DNA from: Candidatus Methylomirabilia bacterium
Lineage (GTDB): Bacteria; Methylomirabilota; Methylomirabilia; Rokubacteriales; CSP1-6
Assembly: GCA_041492755.1 (NCBI GenBank)
Contig: JBGPXN010000001.1
Span: 37,261-101,260 of the forward strand
Length of the DNA: 64,000 bases
Direction: 5' to 3'
The translations under genes were made by a program, and so were the position numbers. The notes under the pieces were generated by a model, which was not told where the DNA came from, did not search any database, and saw nothing but the letters and a program-made list of their open reading frames with translations. Positions 21,131 to 31,163 of this stretch are shown here, in pieces. Position 1 is the stretch's first letter. Each line of letters starts with the position of its first letter.

Positions 21131-22284
21131 GGGCCCCGGACGCCGGCGGCTCGCGAGGAACGCGCCGATACGGCGGAGTCCCTCCTGGATGCGGTCGAGC
21201 GACGCGGCATAGGAAAAGCGCAGATAGCCCTCGGCGTTGGCGCCGAACGCGATGCCGGGCGTGACGGCGACGTGCGCCTCTTCGAGGATCTCGAGCGCCA
21301 GGCGCCGGGAATCGGCGGCGTACCCGCGGGCGTTGGCGAGAACGTAGAAGGCGCCGGTGGGCTCGCTGGCGACGCCGAGCCCGATGGCCCGCAGACCGTC
21401 GATCATCGCGCGCCGCCGCCCGGCGAAGACGTCCCGGAAGCGCCGCGCCTCGTCGCCGGCCTCACGGAGCGCCGCCACGCCTGCCCACTGGACGAACTCG
21501 TTCGTCGAGATGAAAAAGTTACCGAAGATCTTCTGCAAGGCCGGCATGTGGGCCGCGGGCGCGATGAGGTAGCCGAGGCGCCAGCCCGTCATGGCGAACG
21601 CCTTGGAGAAACCGTTGAGCACGAAGGCGCGATCGGTGAACTCGAGGACGGACCGGTCCCGACCCTCGTAGCTCAGCCCGTGATAGATCTCGTCGGACAC
21701 CACGACGGGCCCGAGCCCCGCGATCGCGGCCATCCGCTCGGCCGAGAGCACGGTGCCCGTGGGATTGGCCGGTGAGTTCACGATGACCGCCTTGGTGCGT
21801 GGCGTGATCCGGGCCCGGACCGCTTCCGGCCGGAACTGAAACCCATCCTCCTCGGTCACGCCCACGTAGGTTGGCACGCCGTCGCTGTAGCGAATGAAAT
21901 TCGGATAACACGCGTAGTACGGGTCGGACAGGATCACCTCGTCGCCCGGATCGAGGAGGTGACCGAACAGCAACAGCATCGCGGGCGACGTCCCCGGCGT
22001 GACCAGGACGTGCTCCGGCGACACGCGGACCCCGTAGGTATCCGCGTAGTGGTCCGCGATGGCCTCGCGGAGCGGGAGGATGCCGAGGCTGTGGGTATAC
22101 CGGGCGCGCCCGTCCTTCAGCGCCTTCTCGGCCGCCTCGCGCACCACCGCCGGCGCCTCGAAGTCCGGTTCGCCGAACTCGAGGTGCACGACGTCGACGC
22201 CCGCGCGTTCGAGCACCTGTGCCCGCTCGCTCATCTCCAGGGCGAGGAACGTCTCGATCGCCTCGAGGCGCCGCGCCAGGTTCA
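21128..22284 (-). CDS. Pyridoxal-phosphate-dependent aminotransferase, class I (AspAT/AlaAT-like)
   Basis: HLEFGEPDF ... NSPANPTG ... SKAFAMTGWRLGY (PLP-lysine motif). GTG start overlaps the GT2 TGA. Confidence 0.8.
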
Positions 22285-23004
22285 CCGCCCGCTCCCCGCC
22301 CGCCAGCGCGCGCGCAGGATCTCGCCCAGCATGCGGGGCCCTGTCCGCACGACCCCGACCTTGCTGCCCGGCTGGTCCGCCCAGTTCACGGCCACCTCGA
22401 CGACGCGATACCCGGCCGCCTGCGCCAGGAGCAGCAGCTCGACGTCGAACCCAAAGCCCGTGGTGCGGAGTCGCCCGAAAAGCTGCCGCGCCGCCGGGGC
22501 GGTGAACGCCTTGAACCCGCACTGCGAATCAGCGATGCCTCTGAGCCCCAGGCGCGCGACCGTCCAGTTGAACAGCCGGCCCGCGGCCACCCGGTGTGGC
22601 CGGGCGGCGACGGAGACGCTGTGATCGCCCAGCGCCCGCGAGCCGATGACGACGTCGGCGCCCGCGGCCAGCGCCGGCTCCAGCCGCTTGAGCTCCCCGA
22701 TCGGCGTGGCCCCGTCGGCATCGGCGAACAACCGGAAGGCGCCGCGCGCTTCGAGCATCCCGCGGCGCACGGCCGCGCCCTTGCCGGTGTTGTGCGGCTG
22801 GCGGAGGGCGCGGACCTCCGGATGCGCCCGCGCCGCGGCTACGACGCCGGCCAGGGTCCCGTCGGTGCTTCCGTCGTCCACGACCAGCACCTCCCACGGC
22901 GCGCCCCGGCCATCGAAGAAGCTCACCACGTCATCCAGATAGCGCGGCAGGCGGGCTGCCTCGTTGTAGGCTGGAATGATCACGGACCAGCAGGGACCGA
23001 TCAC
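22282..23004 (-). CDS. GT2 glycosyltransferase, polyprenyl-phosphate sugar synthase-like (Ppm1/DPM1/ArnC family)
   Basis: SVIIPAYNEAARLP ... VVDDGSTDGT ... DADG ... QCGFKAF. GTG start overlaps the TGA of the upstream ACT/ME fragment. Confidence 0.8.
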   Translation of the reverse strand: MIGPCWSVIIPAYNEAARLPRYLDDVVSFFDGRGAPWEVLVVDDGSTDGTLAGVVAAARAHPEVRALRQPHNTGKGAAVRRGMLEARGAFRLFADADGATPIGELKRLEPALAAGADVVIGSRALGDHSVSVAARPHRVAAGRLFNWTVARLGLRGIADSQCGFKAFTAPAARQLFGRLRTTGFGFDVELLLLAQAAGYRVVEVAVNWADQPGSKVGVVRTGPRMLGEILRARWRAGSGR

Positions 23005-23576
23005 TGGATGCCGCTGAGGGCGGCCTCCGGCCCGATGTTCCCGAGTCCCAGGACGGCCGTGCCGTCGGTCACCACGGCGACCGTGTTGTGCTTCATGGTC
23101 AGCGCGAATGCGCGCTCCCGGTCGTCGCGGATGGCCAGACACACCCGGGCCACCGCAGGCGTGTAGACCATGGACAAGTCGTCGCGGGTTCGAATCGGGA
23201 CCTTGTTGCGGACCTCGATCTTCCCGCCCAGATGGACCAGGAACGTTCGGTCGGAGACGTTCACGACCCGGGTCCCGGCCAGTCGCTTGAGCGCGGCGAC
23301 GATCTGCTGCCCGTGGTCGCTGTCGCGAGCCTCGATCGTCATGTCCCGGACCACCCGGGCTCGGAAGGACTCGACCAGGTCCACCGCGCCGATGTCGCCC
23401 CCTGCTTCGCCAATGGCCAGCGCCACCCGGCCGAGCATGCCGGGCGTGTTCCGGATCTCCAGACGGACCGTGATGCTGTAACTGGCGCTCGGCGAGACGG
23501 CCATCAGCGGGGTGACTCCGAGGGAACTCCTCTGTGGGGGAATAACGGTTCTGCCCTCGGGGACGTCGACCTTCAT
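23001..23576 (-). pseudogene. ACT domain fused to the first ~55 aa of a malic-enzyme domain, then truncated (possible gene remnant)
   Basis: ACT region (ITVRLEIRNTPGMLGRVALAIGEAGG), then TFLVHLGGKIEV...DDLSMVYTPAVARVC...VAVVTDGTAVLGLGNIGPEAAL. It stops where malic enzymes continue PVMEGKA... No continuation exists in any frame downstream. Confidence 0.5.
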
Positions 23577-23821
23577 GGACCCCCCTTCGGCGGCGTCATC
23601 ATAGCAGGACAACAATGGTCTGAATAGATGGAGCAGAATACCCACTCCGCCTGGTGCGTCATACGGTCACCGTCGTCTTTCTCAACCCTTAGGAAAACTT
23701 TCCGGGTCGTGGCGTGGAACTTGAATTCACAGAGGCCTGAAACGGTGCTCGACTTGCAAACATCCAAAGTGCAGAGACTACGAGTTTTTTTCGCCGGCAG
23801 CTCCACACAGACTCCGGGGAC

Positions 23822-25333
<1,512 letters not shown>

Positions 25334-25346
25334 CTCGTCCGGAGCC

Positions 25347-25414
25347 GGCAGGGGGCCGAGGGGGTGCTTCGCTAACTATTCGCTACGCACCCCCTCGGCC
25401 CCCTGCCGTTTTCT
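25347..25414 (+). terminator. Intrinsic terminator after the rpoD-like gene
   Basis: 21-bp perfect stem GGCAGGGGGCCGAGGGGGTGC ... GCACCCCCTCGGCCCCCTGCC followed by GTTTTCT. Confidence 0.7.
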
Positions 25415-25710
25415 GATCGTTCCGCGTCGACACTCGCACTTCACACCTCCGCAACGACACTGCACAGCTGCGCACTCCTCTGGTGGCCTCATCGGCTGCT
25501 GACACTGCCGTCGATGACATCGTCGACCAGGGCCGCACCGGCGGCGATGTAAGGGTCGATGAGCTTGCGGAAGTCTTCGACCCGGTGGGCGCGTTCCTCC
25601 TCTGGGTTCGCGGCGGCGTGCTGCCGGGCGACGGCCTCCGTGCCGCCCATCGCGCGCGCGCGCGGCGCCGAGCGAGGTCGTCGGCGAGGTCCTTCATGCC
25701 CACGGCGCCG

Positions 25711-25926
25711 CTACTCGAGGACGGCGACCGTCTCCCCCTCCTGGACCGTCTGACCTTCCTGGACCCTGATCTCCTTCACGGCGCCGGCGCGCGGGGCTTC
25801 CACCGGGATCTCCATCTTCATCGACTCCAGCACAATCACCGGGTCACCAGCCTGGACCTTGTCGCCCGCCTTCGCGGTAATCTGGAACACCACGCCGGTG
25901 ATGTGGGCCTTGATCTCCTCAGGCAT
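25711..25926 (-). CDS. Biotin carboxyl carrier (biotinyl-domain-only) protein
   Basis: 71 aa, MPEEIKAHITGVV...VLESMKMEIPV (biotinyl-Lys motif). The track N-extension is not coding. Confidence 0.8.
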   Translation of the reverse strand: MPEEIKAHITGVVFQITAKAGDKVQAGDPVIVLESMKMEIPVEAPRAGAVKEIRVQEGQTVQEGETVAVLE

Positions 25927-25937
25927 GAACGGTCTCC

Positions 25938-27284
25938 TCAGGCATGAAACGTTCCTTGTTCGACCATCTGGGTATGCACCGCGCCCCGGCGGAAGCTCGC
26001 GTGCGCGAGCACCCGGGCCAGGAACGGCACCGTCGTGCGGACGCCTTCGATCACACACGCACCGAGCGCCGCCTGCATCCGCTCGATCGCCTGGGACCGC
26101 GTGTCGCCGCGGGCAACCAGCTTGAGCAGCAGTGGATCATAGTGAACGGAGACGACGCTGCCCGCGACGACACCGGATTCGATCCGGATCCCTTCGCCGC
26201 CGGGAAGGTCCAACCGCGTGATCGTGCCCGGTGACGGCAGAAAGTTTTTCGTCGGGTCTTCCGCGTATACGCGGCACTCGATCGCCGCTCCGTGCTGAAC
26301 GATCTCCGCCTGGCCCCACGGCAGCGGCTCGCCGGCGGCGACGCGGAGCTGCGCGACGACGAGGTCGGTGCCGGTGACCTCCTCGGTCACGGGGTGCTCC
26401 ACCTGCAGCCGTGTGTTCATTTCGAGGAAGTAGAACGCGCCCGCTTCGTCCACCAGGAACTCCATGGTACCGGCGTTGACGTAGCCGATCGCGCGCGCCC
26501 CGCGCACCGCCGCGTCGGCGAGTCCGGCCTTGGTGGCCGAGGACAGCACGGGCGCCGGCGACTCCTCGACCAGCTTCTGGTGCCGGCGCTGGATCGAGCA
26601 CTCGCGCTCGTGCAGGTGCACGACGTTGCCGTGGGCGTCGCCGAACACCTGCACCTCCACGTGCCGTGGACGGGCCAGATAGCGCTCGACGTAGAGGGCG
26701 CCGTTGCCGAACGCAGCTTCCGCGCGGCGGCGAGCCGTCTCGAAGGCTCGCACCAGCTCGTCCGGGCCCGAGACGCGGGCCATGCCGATACCGCCCCCCC
26801 CCGCCGCGGCTTTGAGGAGCACGGGAAAGCCGACCGCCGCCGCCGCCTGCGCCGCGGCGCCGAGATCCGCCACGGGCCCGGGGCTGCCGCCGAGGACCGG
26901 CACGCCAGCCGCCTCCATCACGCGCCGGGCTTCGATCTTGTCGCCCATCGTGCGAATCGCGTCCGCGGCCGGGCCGATGAAGACCAGTCCGGCCTCGCCG
27001 CACGCGGCGGCAAACCGCCAGTTCTCGGAGAGAAAGCCGTAGCCGGGATGCACGGCCTCGGCCCCGCGGGCGCGCGCCGCAGCGACGATGCGATCGACCG
27101 CGAGGTAGCTTTCGCTGGCGCGCGCCGGACCGATCGCCACGCTCTCGTCGGCATCCCGGACGTGCGGCGCTGCGGCGTCGGCGTCCGAATACACGGCGAC
27201 GGTCTTGATCCCGACCGACCGGCACGCGCGCGCGATTCGGCGCGCGATCTCTCCCCGATTGGCGATCAGGACCTTGCCAAACAT
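25938..27284 (-). CDS. accC: Biotin carboxylase (acetyl/acyl-CoA carboxylase subunit)
   Basis: MFGKVLIANRGEIARRIARAC..., ATP-grasp motifs, GTFHA C-terminus. Confidence 0.9.
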   Translation of the reverse strand: MFGKVLIANRGEIARRIARACRSVGIKTVAVYSDADAAAPHVRDADESVAIGPARASESYLAVDRIVAAARARGAEAVHPGYGFLSENWRFAAACGEAGLVFIGPAADAIRTMGDKIEARRVMEAAGVPVLGGSPGPVADLGAAAQAAAAVGFPVLLKAAAGGGGIGMARVSGPDELVRAFETARRRAEAAFGNGALYVERYLARPRHVEVQVFGDAHGNVVHLHERECSIQRRHQKLVEESPAPVLSSATKAGLADAAVRGARAIGYVNAGTMEFLVDEAGAFYFLEMNTRLQVEHPVTEEVTGTDLVVAQLRVAAGEPLPWGQAEIVQHGAAIECRVYAEDPTKNFLPSPGTITRLDLPGGEGIRIESGVVAGSVVSVHYDPLLLKLVARGDTRSQAIERMQAALGACVIEGVRTTVPFLARVLAHASFRRGAVHTQMVEQGTFHA

Positions 27285-27302
27285 GGCGTCCCCGAACGGA
27301 TT

Positions 27303-28265
27303 CTAGCCGAGCGGCTCGGTGGCCACGCGGTCGGCGCGCGTCACCTGCCAGTCGTCGCCCGTGCGGCGCCACTCGAGCTGCAGGGTCGCCAGCTCGCGCG
27401 CCCCGTGGACCCGGAGCTTCACGAGGCGGCAGCCGGGACCGATCTTGGCCTGGGCGACGATGGCCACGTCGCGAACGGGCCGCAGCGTCGCGCACTCGGC
27501 CACGAGGAGGAAGCGGACCGCCGGCGCGATGAACGGCTCGGCGTTGGCCCACTCCCCGCTTCTCACGGCCTGGCGCACCACCTCCACACCGGGCACGACC
27601 TCCGGACTCAGGACCGCCGGGTCGAAGGTCGAGTCGAGCGCGACCACGTCTCGCGCTCCGCCCGGGTGGAACGCGACGGCAGCGAACGCCACCTCGCCGT
27701 CTCCCACCACACCGCCGGCAGCAGTCAGCGCCTCGCGCAGCCTGGCCTCCCACTCGGTGGCACGCCTCCGCTCCCCCTCGCTCGCGAGCAGCCGTTCGAG
27801 CACGATGGCCCCGGCCGCGACGTGACGGCGCTCTTCCTCCACGCAACGGTCCAGGATGCGGCGGGTCGGCGGCTCGTAGATCGGGTTGGCGATGGCGAGG
27901 TGGCGCTCGTACACGGCGATCAGATGCGGCTTGGCGACGCGATAGAGGCCGACCACGCGCTCGATCGATTCGCGCCGCGTCTCGCGACTTTCCGCGAGAT
28001 CGAAGAAACGCGCCACGCCGTCGTTGGCCGGCTCGGATTGCTGGGCGGGCGCGCGCAGCTCGGGCAACCGCCGGCCCCACAGATCGGCGTGCTGCGCGCA
28101 ATCCCAGACGTGCCGGCCGAAGAGCAGCTTCACGGGTAGCTCCGGCGTGAGCGCGATGGCGCCCGCCATGATCCGCATGAGGCGCTCCTCGGCATAACGG
28201 TAATGGCGCACGCGCTTGGCCGAGGCTTCGACCGAGAAGTGGCCGGCGAGCGGATGAGCGGTCAT
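27303..28265 (-). CDS. Ferritin-like (diiron-carboxylate) protein with extra C-terminal domain; hypothetical
   Basis: HVWDCAQHAD and EEERRHV (E..ExxH-type motifs). Paralogous to the 28466..29230 product (HVWDCAQHAD vs QVWDESRHVE). Confidence 0.45.
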   Translation of the reverse strand: MTAHPLAGHFSVEASAKRVRHYRYAEERLMRIMAGAIALTPELPVKLLFGRHVWDCAQHADLWGRRLPELRAPAQQSEPANDGVARFFDLAESRETRRESIERVVGLYRVAKPHLIAVYERHLAIANPIYEPPTRRILDRCVEEERRHVAAGAIVLERLLASEGERRRATEWEARLREALTAAGGVVGDGEVAFAAVAFHPGGARDVVALDSTFDPAVLSPEVVPGVEVVRQAVRSGEWANAEPFIAPAVRFLLVAECATLRPVRDVAIVAQAKIGPGCRLVKLRVHGARELATLQLEWRRTGDDWQVTRADRVATEPLG

Positions 28266-28465
28266 GCGCGGGCCGCCGCGCGCGAGATCAGAGCCCGCGA
28301 ACGAATCGCGGCATCAAGGAACGCCCGGGCTTTGCCGGGGCGTTTCCGAGCGCGAGGCGTAGGTTGGGCGTCACGTCGGGGCGTCGAGGGCCGTCCGTCG
28401 AGGGCCGTCCCGGGTTTCCCGGGACGGCTCCGAGCGCAGGGGGGGGCCATGTCGGGGCCCCCCAC
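28266..28465. repeat. REP-like composite element, copy B (two GC hairpins plus G-rich palindrome)
   Basis: aacgcccgggctttgccggggcgtt ... ggccgtcccgggtttcccgggacggc ... ctccgagcgcag + gggggggccatgtcggggcccccc. Fills the whole gap between the two ferritin-like genes. Confidence 0.7.
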
Positions 28466-29230
28466 TCAGTACACGGGAGATCGCTGGGTGGTGCGGACGA
28501 GCCGCTCGATCTCCTCGTCGGTGAAGCCGGCGAGGCGACGGACGTCCCGCGCGATCGAGATACTGACTTCCTCGTGCTCGCCGTCCTGGCGGACGCCGCC
28601 GAGGTTGAAGCGCTCGTCGATGGTCTCCTGGAACTCGATGGCGCGCCGGCGGCGGTCCGGGTCGCCCCTGGTCAGCTCGTTGAGCCACCTGGAGCCCATG
28701 CGCACGTGGGTGATCTCGTCGGCCAGCACGAAGTCCACCGAGCGCTCGATGATCGGATCGCCGATCTTCGCCGCGATGTGCACGAGCTGGTTGAAGACGT
28801 CGCAGGCCAGCCCTTCCAGTCCGCGGTTGACTCCGGCCACGCGCGCCGCCGCGTCTTCCGCGCACGCGCACCGCCAGAGGATCGTCGTCTCCGCGAACTC
28901 GCCGACGTAGCCACCCAGGTGATCGAGCAGCCCGAGGAAGATCTCGACGTGGCGCGACTCGTCCCAGACCTGTCGCGCCATGTCCAGCGTGAACTCCCAG
29001 GGCGCGTCCGGGAAGTCGTAGACGGTGCGGCCGGCCCCCTCCATCGCCTGCAGCTCGCCGACGAGGATGCCGTGCACGCGCTCGCGCATGGATTCGCGGG
29101 AGGACAGGGTGGGAAACACCGACAGCCCCTGCTCGACCCGGCGCTCGGCGATGTCGCGCGCGCGCATCCGGACGAACCGCTCCTCGCGCGCCAGCTTGTC
29201 GTAGGCGATCGGCCTGTCCACGGGCTCCAT
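28466..29230 (-). CDS. Ferritin-like diiron-carboxylate protein (DUF455-like); hypothetical
   Basis: DESRHVEIF and ADEITHV motifs. Confidence 0.5.
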   Translation of the reverse strand: MEPVDRPIAYDKLAREERFVRMRARDIAERRVEQGLSVFPTLSSRESMRERVHGILVGELQAMEGAGRTVYDFPDAPWEFTLDMARQVWDESRHVEIFLGLLDHLGGYVGEFAETTILWRCACAEDAAARVAGVNRGLEGLACDVFNQLVHIAAKIGDPIIERSVDFVLADEITHVRMGSRWLNELTRGDPDRRRRAIEFQETIDERFNLGGVRQDGEHEEVSISIARDVRRLAGFTDEEIERLVRTTQRSPVY

Positions 29231-29239
29231 TATAGGGCC

Positions 29240-30121
29240 TTACACGCGCTCCTTGAATTCCTTGCCGAGCAGTCCCTCCGGACGCACGAGGAGCACCACG
29301 ATGATGATGGCGAACGCGAGCGTGTTCTTGAACTGGATGGTCAGGTAGGCGCCGGCCAGGCTCTCGGCCACGCCCAGGAGCAGGCCGCCGACGATGGCGC
29401 CCGGCAGACTGTTGAGCCCTCCGAGGACCGCGGCGGCGAAGCCCTTGAGGAACGGATCGAGCATGAAGAACGGGTCCAGCAGCAGCGCGGGGGCGAGAAA
29501 GATCCCGGCCACCACGCCGAGGGCCGAGGCGACCCCCCAGGACACGCCGAGCACGAGCCGGGTCGGGATCCCGAGCGTCTGGGCCGCCATCACGTTCTCC
29601 GAGGTCGCCCGCATGGCGAGCCCGAGCCGCGTGCGCTGCACGAGCAGGTAGAGCAGCGCGCTGGCCACGAGCCCGGCCGCCATCGTGGCCAGCGAGAGCT
29701 GGCTCACCACCACGGCCCCCACCCGGTACGTCTTCACGTCCGAGATCGGAAACGGCAGCGCGACCGGCTCCGCGCCCCACACGTAGACGACCACGCCCTG
29801 GATGATCAGCGCGAGCCCGAGGGTGAGGATCACCATGCTGAGCAGGTTGGCGCCCTCGCGCTGGGCGCGCACCAGGACGCCGAAGTAGAACGCGATCCCG
29901 ACGGCGGCCCCGGTTCCGAGACTCAGCAGGAGCGCCACCGGGAAGGAGTAGCCGCGCGAGAGCAGCGAGAACGCCACGAACGTCGCCAGGGTCGCGATGT
30001 CACCGTGCGCGAAGTTGAGCACCCGCGTCGACCGGTAGATCAACACGATCCCGAGCGCCACCAGCGCGTAGAGGCTCCCCGCCGACAACCCGGTCAGCGC
30101 GTATTGCAGGCCCCTGGCCAT
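29240..30121 (-). CDS. Branched-chain amino acid-type ABC transporter permease (LivH family)
   Basis: Multi-TM protein, ...VLGGLNSLPGAIVGGLLLGV... Confidence 0.85.
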   Translation of the reverse strand: MARGLQYALTGLSAGSLYALVALGIVLIYRSTRVLNFAHGDIATLATFVAFSLLSRGYSFPVALLLSLGTGAAVGIAFYFGVLVRAQREGANLLSMVILTLGLALIIQGVVVYVWGAEPVALPFPISDVKTYRVGAVVVSQLSLATMAAGLVASALLYLLVQRTRLGLAMRATSENVMAAQTLGIPTRLVLGVSWGVASALGVVAGIFLAPALLLDPFFMLDPFLKGFAAAVLGGLNSLPGAIVGGLLLGVAESLAGAYLTIQFKNTLAFAIIIVVLLVRPEGLLGKEFKERV

Positions 30122-30143
30122 CAGCAGATCTCGCCCTCGCCGC

Positions 30144-31124
30144 TCATCGGAACGGCCAGAGCTGGAAGTAGAGCCGGGTCTTCAACCAGAGGCCGAACAA
30201 GCCGAGCTGCTGGAACACGAGCACGAGCAGGATGGCGACGCCGAAGATCACCGGAACCAGCTCACGGAAGCCCGACAGCACCTTCGGGACGAGGATGACG
30301 AAGGCCGCGCCGAGGATGGAGCCTTCGATGGAGGCCAGGCCGCCGATGATCACGGCCACGAAGATGGTGATCGACTCCAGCACGTTGAAGATCTGCGGCT
30401 CGATGTGGCCGAGGACCTGCGCGTAGAGCGCGCCGTGCACGCCGGTGTAGAACGACGACAGCGCGAAGGCGAGCAGCTTGTAGCGCGTGAGGTTGATGCC
30501 GTTGACCTCGGCCGCGATGTCGGAGTCGCGGATGGCGATGAAGGCGCGCCCGACGTAGGACGAGATGAGGTTGTAGGTGACGAGCGTGAAGACCATCAGG
30601 AGCAGGAGGTAGACGTAATACTCCCACTGGCTGCGGGACAGCCCGAACAGCGGCGTGAGCTTGGAGACGGCCAGCCCGGAGCGGCCGCCCGACAGCACCT
30701 CCCAGTTGACGAAGACCTGGTAGACGGCGACGCCGAAGCCGAGCGTCGCGATCGACAGGTACGGGCCCTTGAGCCTCAGCGACGGGAACCCCACGAGAAT
30801 GCCGGCGACGGCCGCCAGCAGGCCGGCGCCCACGAGGGCGACCAGGAACGGGGCGCCCCAGATGCGCAAGTGGCCGAAGCCGAAGGCACCGATGGCCAGG
30901 AAGCCGGCCTGGCCGAATGAGATCTGCCCGGTGTAGCCGATCAGGAGGTTCTGGCCCATCACGCCGATCGCGGTGAGCGCGACGAGCGTGGCGGAGAAAA
31001 CAGCGCCCTCGGGCGCGAGCCACGGGAAGACGGCGAGCGCGGCCAGGAGCCCGCCGAGCAGGACCTGCGTGACGCGCTTGCGCGCGAACTTCAGATCCTC
31101 GGCGTAAGACTCGACCAGATCCAT
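30144..31124 (-). CDS. Branched-chain amino acid-type ABC transporter permease (LivM family)
   Basis: Multi-TM protein, ...GYTGQISFGQAGFLAIGAF... Confidence 0.85.
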   Translation of the reverse strand: MDLVESYAEDLKFARKRVTQVLLGGLLAALAVFPWLAPEGAVFSATLVALTAIGVMGQNLLIGYTGQISFGQAGFLAIGAFGFGHLRIWGAPFLVALVGAGLLAAVAGILVGFPSLRLKGPYLSIATLGFGVAVYQVFVNWEVLSGGRSGLAVSKLTPLFGLSRSQWEYYVYLLLLMVFTLVTYNLISSYVGRAFIAIRDSDIAAEVNGINLTRYKLLAFALSSFYTGVHGALYAQVLGHIEPQIFNVLESITIFVAVIIGGLASIEGSILGAAFVILVPKVLSGFRELVPVIFGVAILLVLVFQQLGLFGLWLKTRLYFQLWPFR

Positions 31125-31163
31125 CGGTCAGACGAAATCCATTGGTCGGTCGACGAGATCCAT

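Noticed and set aside
25415-25710. Minus ORF 25383..25703 (106 aa) and plus ORF 25483..25947 in the gap after the rpoD terminator
   Set aside because: No recognisable motifs, Arg/Ala-rich, and overlaps the terminator hairpin; left as unannotated spacer.
28262-28465. Small ORFs inside the repeats (28262..28465 -, 34612..34800 -, 40692..41021 +, 40882..41196 +)
   Set aside because: They are translations of the GC-rich palindromic repeat units; periodic PGEAGAL-like peptides reflect the repeat, not a gene.
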